Of a DNA stretch of 64,000 nucleotides, positions 39,428 to 48,428 are shown piece by piece. Under the pieces are notes generated by a model. The model was not told the origin of the DNA. It was given only the letters and a program-made list of their open reading frames with translations, and did not search any database. Positions within the stretch are counted from its first letter, which is position 1. The number at the start of each line of letters is the position of its first letter. The stretch comes from an uncultured Flavobacteriales bacterium. Lineage in GTDB: Bacteria > Bacteroidota > Bacteroidia > AKYH767-A > 2013-40CM-41-45. Where the stretch lies: NCBI GenBank assembly GCA_964595205.1, contig CAZQOQ010000007.1:40369-104368 (forward strand), written 5' to 3'. The translations under genes and the position numbers were made by a program.

Positions 39428-39988
39428 ACGTTGACCTTCTCGGAATTTAAATCAGAATGCTTCTAATAGTGTTGATACTCTGTTAAGACGAAAAAAAGTG
39501 TTTTCAGATACGCAATAATGAATACGGGTATTACACTAATAAATTTATGCTTTAAGCTTCAGGATATTGCCGATTTTCAGAGTATGAATTTAAAATCAGC
39601 GAAATGGGTAAATTCAAATTTATTTTAATAATTAACTTTTACTGAATAATTCAATTTTCCTTAGGAGAAAAAATTTGAGAGTCAATCTTACAGTTTGTTT
39701 CTGATAAAGCAAATGTCTTTCCAGGTATCAGTCACCCGGTAAGCAATGTTTGATTGCCAGGTCATTCATAAATGTTAATCTGATTTTTTAAATAATTAAA
39801 CAAAAACCCGTGCATTAATCCTGAAAATTTACGAATTAATATTTTTTCTGATAACTTATTCGAATGGCATTATTTCATCAGAATCTTACAAAAATTATTT
39901 AATGAAAGGCAGAAAATTATATTTTTGATTATTAAATGAATTATTTGTTCAAATAAATCAATTTACTTTTTTAATTAATTTATCTTTT

Positions 39989-39996
39989 TACTTTTG
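39989..39996 (+). promoter_or_regulatory. -7 promoter element (TACTTTTG) for the AT-hook gene
   Basis: Exact TAnnTTTG match 25 nt upstream of the ATG at 40021. Confidence 0.65.
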
Positions 39997-40020
39997 CGAA
40001 AACATTTTAAAAATATTTAA

Positions 40021-40341
40021 ATGGCAAGGCCAAAAACAAAAAGCTCTCTCGTAGACGGAATTGCTGAACTGGTTGGTTCTTTGAGAAACATCGAATCTAA
40101 ACTGGCAATGCTTCTTCATTTTCAAAAGAAGAATACTAAACGAAGAGGAAGAGGCCGGCCTCCCGGCACAACAGGTAAAAGTAAAACAGGAAAAAAATCC
40201 GGACGCGGTCCCGGGCGTCCCCCCGGCGCAAAAAATAAAAAATCCTCAGGCAAACAATCGTCAGTTAAATCAACAGGTAGACCTGGTCGTCCTGCAAAAA
40301 GGAGAGTAGGCAGACCATCAGGAAGCAAGAATAAAAAATAA
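40021..40341 (+). CDS. Small, very basic protein with multiple AT-hook-like GRP motifs
   Basis: 106 aa with RGRGRPP, GPGRPPG, GRPGRP and VGRPSG; amphipathic N-terminal helix; own -7 promoter; GCACCC-TACC-GGGTGT hairpin just downstream. Confidence 0.75.
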   Translation: MARPKTKSSLVDGIAELVGSLRNIESKLAMLLHFQKKNTKRRGRGRPPGTTGKSKTGKKSGRGPGRPPGAKNKKSSGKQSSVKSTGRPGRPAKRRVGRPSGSKNKK

Positions 40342-40833
40342 CTCAATGCACCCTACCGGGTGTTCTGTGTCGTTTTTTATTTTTGTTTGCAGATTCAGTT
40401 CGTTAATGCTTTGAACGTATTTCATTTCCTGGTTCTTTTCTTTTAATTGTTTTGGATCTGGAAATTCTCATCATCCCCGGGATTTGATTTGCCCATTACC
40501 GGGTTATTAACAGAAAAATACGCTTATAAACAGGCTGTTGATAATTTTTGAAACACCTTGAAATCCTTTTTTTCTTCTCTTTTTTAATGTGTCCCGGTAT
40601 TTTTTTGGCAGATTTCCATAAAATGTTGGTAAATAATCAATAAGCGGTTGTACGTTCAGCCAAACTTAATTGACAATTTATTAACATTGGTTTATATTGT
40701 GAGAAATCAGGCTATTGCGAAAATTTTACATGAATCAATGGCCTCAAATGGAGAATTCAGAGGAGTTTAATTTTATTCAAGCCGCATAGAACCTGTTCTC
40801 CAAAAGATTAATTATTGAACACATACCACACGA

Positions 40834-43800
40834 ATGAAAAGAGCCTATTTACTTTCCATTGCTTTATTATTTCTTATTCTTGATGCTGATTATTGTGATG
40901 CAGCCTCATGGCAGAAATTATATGTGAAAAAAAGCACCGATTGTTTCCGTTGCGTCAAAGAAGTTTCGTCCGGCGGGTACATTCTTGCAGGCTATACTGC
41001 AAACTTAACCCCTAACGACACGGATGCACTTGCGGTACGATTGGACGTAAACGGCGATACTCTCTGGACGTTCGTTTATAACGGTCCTTCCGGGAAAGAA
41101 GATTGTTTTTATAAAGTGGTTCCTACTTCCGATAATGGATTTGTTTTTTGTGGTTATAGCAGGAGTTTCAGCAGCAGCGACAATGTGTTTTATTTAAAAC
41201 TTAATTCGAGCGGACATGTTCAGTGGGTGAAGAACTGGGGAGGAAGCGGAATTGATCGGGGAGAGGACATGATTGAACTGGACGATGGTAATTTTATCAT
41301 CTGCGGGTATTCGACTTCAAGTCCCGCGCGTTATTATGATGCATTCATTCTAAAGATCGACCCGGGCGGAAATACTGTCTGGACGAAAATTTACGGCGGC
41401 ACTTCATACGACGATGCAAACTCCGTGATAGAATTACCTGATCATGGATTGTTAGTCGGCGGTCAGAGTAATAATCAACTGTTCCTCATCCGGACAAATT
41501 CCGATGGCGACTCTCTATGGACACGTTCTTTTGGCACCTCAGGCATAGATAATATAAAGTGTGTAAACTTTGCACAAGGTGGTGACGGATTCGTATTGGC
41601 CGGAACCACTGATGGCGCCGGCAGCGGAGGTGAAGATGCCTATCTCGTACGGACAGATACCGGCGGGGTTCAGTTGTGGGCGAAGACATACGGAGGTTCC
41701 CTTAACGATGGCTTTCATACCATCGAACAAACAAGCGACGGCGGATATTTTGCATGCGGAACAAGCAGCGAAGGCCCTTGGAACAATCCAAACATCTGCA
41801 TAACGAAACTGGATGCGAATGGTAATAAATCGTGGGAGAATTTCTTCGGCGGTGAAAATCATGATCATGGTTACAGCGGCACGCCGACCTCCGATGGCGG
41901 TTATATTGCCTCAGGACATACGAGAAGTTTTGCTAATACCGATAACATTGAGGATGCATTGGTCATCAAGACAAATTCATCAGGACAGGTTTCTAACTAT
42001 TTATCCTGGACTGAAGTAACGGATCTGATCTCCCCTGTTTCGGGAGGTTGTGGCAATGCAAACGCGGAAGTAATAGTCGAGCTTACGAACTGGAGTGTAC
42101 AGAGTGTTTCAAGCATTCCTGTCACCGTTGAAATTACAGGCGCAATTAACCAGACTTTTTCCCAGACCCTGAATTCTTCTGTTGCACATAATGGGTCAAA
42201 GAATCTGACCTTTACCACTCATGTTAATATGTCGGCAGGGGGAACGTATAATTTTCATATTTACACCGGAAATCCAAATGATGTTTATCCATCGAACAAT
42301 TATTTGGATAAAGCAATTGTCGTAAACACTACATCGCAGCCTCCTACAGTTACTGACGACTCCAGGTGCGGTCCGGGAACGATTACACTTTCTGCATCTT
42401 CACCCGATCAGATTAAATGGTACAGTTCATCATCGGGAGGATCATCATTGCAGACAGGTCCTGATTTTACTACGCCCTATTTAACTTCCAGCACGACCTA
42501 TTATGCGCAAGCCGGAACCAGTTGTCCGAGTACACGAGTCGCTGCAGATGCAACGATAACACCGGGACTCACAGTGCCAACTCCGAATGACGGCTCAAGA
42601 TGCGGCAACGGAACTGTTTTGCTGTCGGGCACATCAACCTATCCGATAAAATGGTATTCATCATCTACTTCAACGAGTGCCTTAGCGACAGGCGCCACAT
42701 ACACAACAAATTCTTTGAGCTCCAATACGAATTTTTATATAGCTGCTGACAATGGAACTTGTACGAGTAATCGTGCAACCGTTCATGCCGTGATAGATCC
42801 GATTCCGAACGAACCCGTAATCACCCCAGGATTTACCTGCGGAAGCGGCACCGTTGCTTTGTCTGCCAGCGCCTCCGACCCCGTTAAATGGTACACATCT
42901 TCAAGCGGCGGCAGCCCGGTTGGCAGCGGAAATAATTTTACGACGCCGGTCATTTCCACAACCACAACCTATTATGCACTTGCAGATGACGGAACCTGCC
43001 AGAGCGATCGCGTCGCAGCAGTTGCCACCGTGGAGGTGATCCCGAGTCCGCCCGTAACTACTTCTGATGATCGTTGTGGTGAGGGTACGATTGTTTTGAC
43101 CGCAACATCATCTGATCCGGTTAAGTGGTTCGATTCTGCCACAGGCGGTTCACAGGTCGGAAGCGGTAATTCATTTACGACTCCTGCCATATCTTCAACG
43201 ACTACCTTCTTTGCATTAACGGATAACGGTCCATGCCGGAGTAGCCGTATCCCTGCCGTAGCAACGATAAATCCGTTACCTGCATTGCCGGTGCTTTCCG
43301 CAACGGAAATCTGCGGAGCAGGAACAGCAACGCTTACAGCCACGTCTTCGGACCCGGTTGAATGGTTTGATGCTGATGCAGCCGGAAACCAGCTCGGTTC
43401 AGGAAACAATTTTATTACACCGGTGATTTCTTCCAATACAACCTACTATGCGCAAACCGATAATGGATTGTGCGAAAGTGACAGGGTTTCCCTTACCGTG
43501 AATGTAAATGCTCTTCCGGTTGTAGATCTTGGTCCTGATACAATTTTCACTTCCACTTCTTCGTATTTGCTCGATGCAGGATCCGGTTTCAATTCCTACG
43601 AGTGGAATCCAATCGGAGCTTCTCAAACATTTACTGCAAACTCTTCAGGAAATTACTGCGTTACCGTTACCGATGCCAACGACTGTCAGGCGACGAGCTG
43701 TGTGTTTGTTGAACTATCAGTAGGAATAGACCAGGTTGAAAGCAAAAATGGAATAAAGATTTACCCCGTGCCGGTGAAAGGAATTCTTACCGTTGAACAG

Positions 43801-43980
43801 GCAGATAATGTTTCGGGGAATTATTTGAATGTAATTGACATCACCGGCAAAACAGTTTTCTGTAAACCTTTAAACAATTCAAAGGAGACATTCGATTTAT
43901 CATTCCTTTCAAGAGGAATTTACGTACTCCGGGTAAAGGATGAAAACACTTCTTCTGCATACAGGTTAGTCATTGAGTAA
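40834..43980 (+). CDS. T9SS type A CTD protein: N-terminal beta-propeller plus tandem Ig-like repeats
   Basis: DGGYxxxG...WxKxYGG propeller repeats, five ..RCGxGTxxLxA....xKWY repeats, and IYPVP...RGIYVLRV CTD. Confidence 0.85.
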   Translation: MKRAYLLSIALLFLILDADYCDAASWQKLYVKKSTDCFRCVKEVSSGGYILAGYTANLTPNDTDALAVRLDVNGDTLWTFVYNGPSGKEDCFYKVVPTSDNGFVFCGYSRSFSSSDNVFYLKLNSSGHVQWVKNWGGSGIDRGEDMIELDDGNFIICGYSTSSPARYYDAFILKIDPGGNTVWTKIYGGTSYDDANSVIELPDHGLLVGGQSNNQLFLIRTNSDGDSLWTRSFGTSGIDNIKCVNFAQGGDGFVLAGTTDGAGSGGEDAYLVRTDTGGVQLWAKTYGGSLNDGFHTIEQTSDGGYFACGTSSEGPWNNPNICITKLDANGNKSWENFFGGENHDHGYSGTPTSDGGYIASGHTRSFANTDNIEDALVIKTNSSGQVSNYLSWTEVTDLISPVSGGCGNANAEVIVELTNWSVQSVSSIPVTVEITGAINQTFSQTLNSSVAHNGSKNLTFTTHVNMSAGGTYNFHIYTGNPNDVYPSNNYLDKAIVVNTTSQPPTVTDDSRCGPGTITLSASSPDQIKWYSSSSGGSSLQTGPDFTTPYLTSSTTYYAQAGTSCPSTRVAADATITPGLTVPTPNDGSRCGNGTVLLSGTSTYPIKWYSSSTSTSALATGATYTTNSLSSNTNFYIAADNGTCTSNRATVHAVIDPIPNEPVITPGFTCGSGTVALSASASDPVKWYTSSSGGSPVGSGNNFTTPVISTTTTYYALADDGTCQSDRVAAVATVEVIPSPPVTTSDDRCGEGTIVLTATSSDPVKWFDSATGGSQVGSGNSFTTPAISSTTTFFALTDNGPCRSSRIPAVATINPLPALPVLSATEICGAGTATLTATSSDPVEWFDADAAGNQLGSGNNFITPVISSNTTYYAQTDNGLCESDRVSLTVNVNALPVVDLGPDTIFTSTSSYLLDAGSGFNSYEWNPIGASQTFTANSSGNYCVTVTDANDCQATSCVFVELSVGIDQVESKNGIKIYPVPVKGILTVEQADNVSGNYLNVIDITGKTVFCKPLNNSKETFDLSFLSRGIYVLRVKDENTSSAYRLVIE

Positions 43981-44002
43981 TAATTATTGAAAAAAAATTC
44001 AG

Positions 44003-44030
44003 GGGCAGTCAGTTTGGCTGCCCTTTTTTT
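44003..44030 (+). terminator. Intrinsic terminator
   Basis: GGGCAGTC-agttt-GGCTGCCC followed by a T7 run. Confidence 0.85.
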
Positions 44031-44098
44031 ATAAAAATTTTTATCCTGCATACAACCCATTTCTGAATCCCGCGTCTCTTCTTCGTAAACCTAAGATC

Positions 44099-44905
44099 AT
44101 GAGAAGAACGTTATACTTTATTTTTCTTGCCCTTTCAATTACTTCATCCAAGGCCATTACAACAGATACAATTCCAAATGGAGGTTTCGAAAGCTGGTCT
44201 ATTATCGGATGGAGCGAGGTCCCCAGATACTGGGTAACCAACAATTCGAATCTGCTTGCACCGATTATAGTTCCGGATTCTGATTCTTATTCAGGAAGCC
44301 TTGCAATGAAGGTTTCTTACATGAGCGCTTTCCAGCCACGGGCCAGTTGCAATTTTTTACTTACAGGACATCCGTTAAACATAGGCGGTTATGCCAGAAA
44401 TGAACTCGGCCCGGGAGATTCTGTGATGATCGTTGCCAGGCTTTTTTATAACCAGGTGATCGTAGACAGCGGTTATGCGGTAATGTATGGCGGATTCAAC
44501 CCCCTGTATTCGCCATTTATTGTATCCATCAGCCAGAATTCTTCCACAGCCGATTCGTGCGAAATCGTAATCACCGGTGGCATGACGCTGGAGACCTCGA
44601 TCACTTTCGATGATCTGCAGTTTGATTTTTTGCAGGAAGTTTATGAAAATTTTAACAGAAATTTTTCTTTTTATCCGAATCCCTGCAGCGACAGGGTCGT
44701 GATAAACATTAAACATAGTGGGTTTGTGCCAGGTAAAATTGAAGCATACAATATGCTGGGTCAATTCAGGGAACTGGAAATTGTTAATCAGTCAGCAGTT
44801 GATTATATTGTAGAAGTAAATACGTCTGTTCTGGATAAGGGAATGTGGTTGTTGATGATAAGGAGTGACAATGAATCGTATTCATTTCTCCTTCAAAAAA
44901 ATTGA
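44099..44905 (+). CDS. Small T9SS type A CTD protein with a carbohydrate-binding-like jelly-roll domain
   Basis: Signal peptide; IPNGGFESW and DSYSGSLAMKV motifs; FYPNP...YNMLGQ...KGMWLL CTD. Confidence 0.7.
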   Translation: MRRTLYFIFLALSITSSKAITTDTIPNGGFESWSIIGWSEVPRYWVTNNSNLLAPIIVPDSDSYSGSLAMKVSYMSAFQPRASCNFLLTGHPLNIGGYARNELGPGDSVMIVARLFYNQVIVDSGYAVMYGGFNPLYSPFIVSISQNSSTADSCEIVITGGMTLETSITFDDLQFDFLQEVYENFNRNFSFYPNPCSDRVVINIKHSGFVPGKIEAYNMLGQFRELEIVNQSAVDYIVEVNTSVLDKGMWLLMIRSDNESYSFLLQKN

Positions 44906-44934
44906 GTTAACCGGCAATGAATTTTCATTAAAGA

Positions 44935-45492
44935 ATGACAGCTTCCGGAGAAGAAGAACTTGTTAAAGGTTGTATTAATGGAGATAGAAAATACCAGGAA
45001 TTGCTATACCTGAAATTTTCCAGGAAGATGATGGGTATATGTTACAGGTATTCGAATAAGAAAGAAGATGCAGAGGATCTGTTACAGGACGCATTTATAA
45101 AAGTCTATTCAAGACTTCATCAGTTCCGGCAGGAAGGCTCTCTCGAAGGCTGGATCAGGAAAATTGTGTTGAGTACAATCTACGACAGCTTCCGGAAAAA
45201 AAGATTCCTGGTTGTTCTTTCCGATATAAATTCTGCCGAAGAAACGGAAGAGGCTCCGGATCTTTTCCCGGAGGTGGATTTTGAACAGTTGATCGAAGCA
45301 ATAAGGAATCTCTCTCCCGGGTACAGGACCGTCTTTAACATGTATGCGGTTGAGGGATATACTCACAAAGAGATCGCAAACCTGCTTGGCATATCCACAG
45401 GAACGAGCAAGTCGCAGTATTCTGCGGCAAGAAAATCTCTTCAGAAAAAATTAAATGTTTTTGCAGAAAAGCCATCCATTCGTACACGATGA
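44935..45492 (+). CDS. ECF-type RNA polymerase sigma-70 factor
   Basis: DAEDLLQDAFIKVY, GSLEGWIRKI, LSPGYRTVFNMYAVEGYTHKEIANLLGISTGTSKSQ. Confidence 0.95.
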   Translation: MTASGEEELVKGCINGDRKYQELLYLKFSRKMMGICYRYSNKKEDAEDLLQDAFIKVYSRLHQFRQEGSLEGWIRKIVLSTIYDSFRKKRFLVVLSDINSAEETEEAPDLFPEVDFEQLIEAIRNLSPGYRTVFNMYAVEGYTHKEIANLLGISTGTSKSQYSAARKSLQKKLNVFAEKPSIRTR

Positions 45493-46814
45493 AAAATAAC
45501 AGGAAAGAAGAATTTGATCATTTCGAAATTGAACCTTCTTCAGAAGTATGGAAAAGAATTGAACAAAAACTCCCGCCCGCGAACAGACGCCGCTGGTTTA
45601 TCTTTTGGTTGATACCGCTGTTTGTCATAGTCGCAGGCGGCATGTTGGTTTTTAAAAACTCAGTCTTTTCAGAAAAGAATAACTCCAATGTGTCAATCAA
45701 TGAGCGTGTCATATCTGCGGACGAACAAAGTAGTCTCATGGAATCACCGGGTAACTCCGGAAGAAATTCTTTGTCGGACTCATTTAACAGCAATGGTCCT
45801 GTTTCACACAGAGAAAATAAAAAACCGGAACAGGTCCGGAAAAATATAACAGCCACATATCCTGTAAAATATAACGAGACATCTTTAAGCGGGGAAGAAT
45901 ACCCTGTTGATGAATTCCGGATAAGCGATTATGCAAAAGCGGATGACAAAAATGTAATTACCCGGGCGGAATTTCTCAGGATTAAAAAAGGCAGTGTTTC
46001 ATTTCCTGAGATGAACATCGATGACAAAGTTAAAAGCAGAAATTCATCCGGAGCCAGTGCCTGTGTGATAAGCCGCTGGAGCATTTATGCTGGTGCCGGA
46101 GTAACTTTTTCGGGAAATAAAGACAAGTCTCTTCCTGATAACTATTCCGGAACCATCGAAAATTTAAATAGTGTTTATTACACTACAGGAGTTAGCTTTG
46201 ATTTAAGCATGCGTGTAAAACTATCGGCCGGAATTTCACTGATATCCATGGGACAAAAAAGCGCTTCGGGAACGGAGGTGGTTTTAAATGGACCTCCCGG
46301 CGATCCGGATAAGACGTATACATTCACATCCCCGCTCGGAAATGTGACGGGACAGGGAAACGATTTCGATTTGGCATTTTACAATAATTCAGATTCGACA
46401 TTATTCCCGGTAAGTATTATGTCCGGCCTTTCACAGGATTCTACCAGCAGCAGGTACGTAAACCTGAGACAGGAATTTCAGTACCTGGAAGTTCCTCTTA
46501 CGATTACATATAAAGCTGTGGAAAGGAGGATAACTCCTTTTGCCGGAATTTATTTCTCGACCGGATTCCTGCTGAGGAACCAGATTTATCTGAATGATAA
46601 AAGACTGAACTATGTATACGAGGACGAGCTGTCAAGCTATGTTTTTTCAGCCGGTATAACAGCCGGCTTCGATATTAAATGCTCACGAAAGTTCAGTGTC
46701 GCAGTTAATGGATTTTACCAGGAGGGACTCACTTCCATTTTTAAATCAGACAATCATTGGAAACCATATGCTTCGGGGATTTGGGGAGGTGTGAAGTACC
46801 GGATTTGTAAATAG
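45489..46814 (+). CDS. Putative dual-membrane-spanning anti-sigma factor (N-terminal anti-sigma segment, TM helix, low-complexity tether, C-terminal beta-barrel)
   Basis: EPSSEVWKRIEQKL, then a TM helix, a Ser/Asn/Glu-rich linker, and YLEVPLTITY...GGVKYRI barrel strands; ATGA-coupled to the ECF sigma. Confidence 0.72.
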   Translation: MKNNRKEEFDHFEIEPSSEVWKRIEQKLPPANRRRWFIFWLIPLFVIVAGGMLVFKNSVFSEKNNSNVSINERVISADEQSSLMESPGNSGRNSLSDSFNSNGPVSHRENKKPEQVRKNITATYPVKYNETSLSGEEYPVDEFRISDYAKADDKNVITRAEFLRIKKGSVSFPEMNIDDKVKSRNSSGASACVISRWSIYAGAGVTFSGNKDKSLPDNYSGTIENLNSVYYTTGVSFDLSMRVKLSAGISLISMGQKSASGTEVVLNGPPGDPDKTYTFTSPLGNVTGQGNDFDLAFYNNSDSTLFPVSIMSGLSQDSTSSRYVNLRQEFQYLEVPLTITYKAVERRITPFAGIYFSTGFLLRNQIYLNDKRLNYVYEDELSSYVFSAGITAGFDIKCSRKFSVAVNGFYQEGLTSIFKSDNHWKPYASGIWGGVKYRICK

Positions 46815-46907
46815 ACATTACATTGTTCGATTGCTTCTGCCTTTTTTGCACCGCATGATATTCGATAAACAATTTCAGTAAATTAATTTTTCAACCATAA
46901 AAAAAAA

Positions 46908-47801
46908 TTAAAGTCCGGAAACTAAAAACTCATTGATGTTTTTGATGTCGCTGTGAGCATCCCAGATAATTTTTAATGGTTTATTTCCATAATATGAAGC
47001 CCATTGAGAATAGGTGCTGGGTGGACCGATGATATAATCACATTCGGCCAGGGAATATAAGTCCTGGATGAAATGACCGTTCGGATAGGTGATAATGCTT
47101 CCGTCAATTTCCGGAAATGATACACTTTCATTTGAAGTGACAATAAAGCGGATTTTCTTTCCGGGGAATAGCGCTTTCACCTGAAGCATGTTTCGCCTGT
47201 AGGTTTCATCATCATAGAAATAAATTCCATTGAGAAAAGTCTTATAATCGCCTCGCCGCACATGCACACCCACCAGCATATCGCAGTCTTTCCTGCTCTC
47301 GCTGATAAAGGCGGCAACTCTGTCCCGCCATTCTTTCCTGAGATGAAAGAGGTTCCTTACCTTGTCGCGGTGCTTATTGACACACTTAGGTGAACGAAAG
47401 CTCCAGCCCTGGAGAATCAACAGATTTTCTTTTTTGGAAAACTCTTCTTCAACTTCGATGTCGTAAAACGAATAGTGATTTATATTCAGATCATGTCTCT
47501 GATAGAGTCGTATGATGCGGTACCATTTTGTAACCGGAATCGTACGATACAAAACGGCAACTGTATATTTTAAAAGCAACATGCCGGCATTATTCAGTAC
47601 ATTAGACTTAAAGAAGCGATTCCTTATCGGGTAAGAGCCGTAACGATTCTCAGAGGCATTTTCGAAATAAACGGAGAGTTCGTTGAAGGCCGGAAAGTAT
47701 AGCCTGTAATTATTCTCGATGGCATTTGAAATAAAATGCGCAAACAGAAAAAGCTGGTTACCTAATTGCCCGTTCTTGTCTGCAATAAGTACTGTCTTCA
47801 T
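46908..47801 (-). CDS. Alpha-1,2-fucosyltransferase family (GT11)
   Basis: GQLGNQLF, VGVHVRRGDY, DLYSLAECDYIIG and STYSQWASY motifs. Confidence 0.88.
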   Translation of the reverse strand: MKTVLIADKNGQLGNQLFLFAHFISNAIENNYRLYFPAFNELSVYFENASENRYGSYPIRNRFFKSNVLNNAGMLLLKYTVAVLYRTIPVTKWYRIIRLYQRHDLNINHYSFYDIEVEEEFSKKENLLILQGWSFRSPKCVNKHRDKVRNLFHLRKEWRDRVAAFISESRKDCDMLVGVHVRRGDYKTFLNGIYFYDDETYRRNMLQVKALFPGKKIRFIVTSNESVSFPEIDGSIITYPNGHFIQDLYSLAECDYIIGPPSTYSQWASYYGNKPLKIIWDAHSDIKNINEFLVSGL

Positions 47802-48428
47802 ACAATAAAATACCCGAAGATTTTTTTCTAAATGTATATAAATTTAAAGATGGTAATAAAGCCTGGTCATGTTCAATGACATAAGAGAATCTAAACGAGT
47901 TTTTTTTTAAAAAGTTAGTATCTGATACATCGAAAATCTTATTGACAAACATTTATTTGTTGAGAAGTGCTGATTGAAGATGATTTTATAATGCGGTAAA
48001 TCAATGTGCCAGCGATGATTTTGCTGTGAAAAAATATTTTTTTCAGGTCCGGAAACCAGCCATTTACCAACCTTTTTTTCCGGGATGATAGACATGTTCA
48101 TTTTAATGATCGATTTTACTGGAAAATGAAGGGATTTCTGGAGAGATTATTAATTTGATCAAAAAAGCGGTTTTTCTTTGCAGAATAGGCCGAAGTATAC
48201 TATTTTTATTAACTCTCTGGTAGTTAAAAATCCAATCTGAACATACAATAGAAGGCAGGTCGCATGTACAAGTGCGGTTATTCTATTGTTTCATTTGACC
48301 ATTGTCATTCAAATGAAGTTTCGGTATCACTAAAATGAATTCTGGAAAAAGCTTCCTGAAGGAAACGCTTGTCCGGACTAATTTTATGAAGTAAATAATC
48401 TTCTGGTTAAAATTATATTAAGCAATTA

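Noticed and set aside
40122-40346. Antisense ORF opposite the AT-hook gene
   Set aside because: Shadow of the GC-rich GRP codons. The plus strand has the promoter and the coherent protein.
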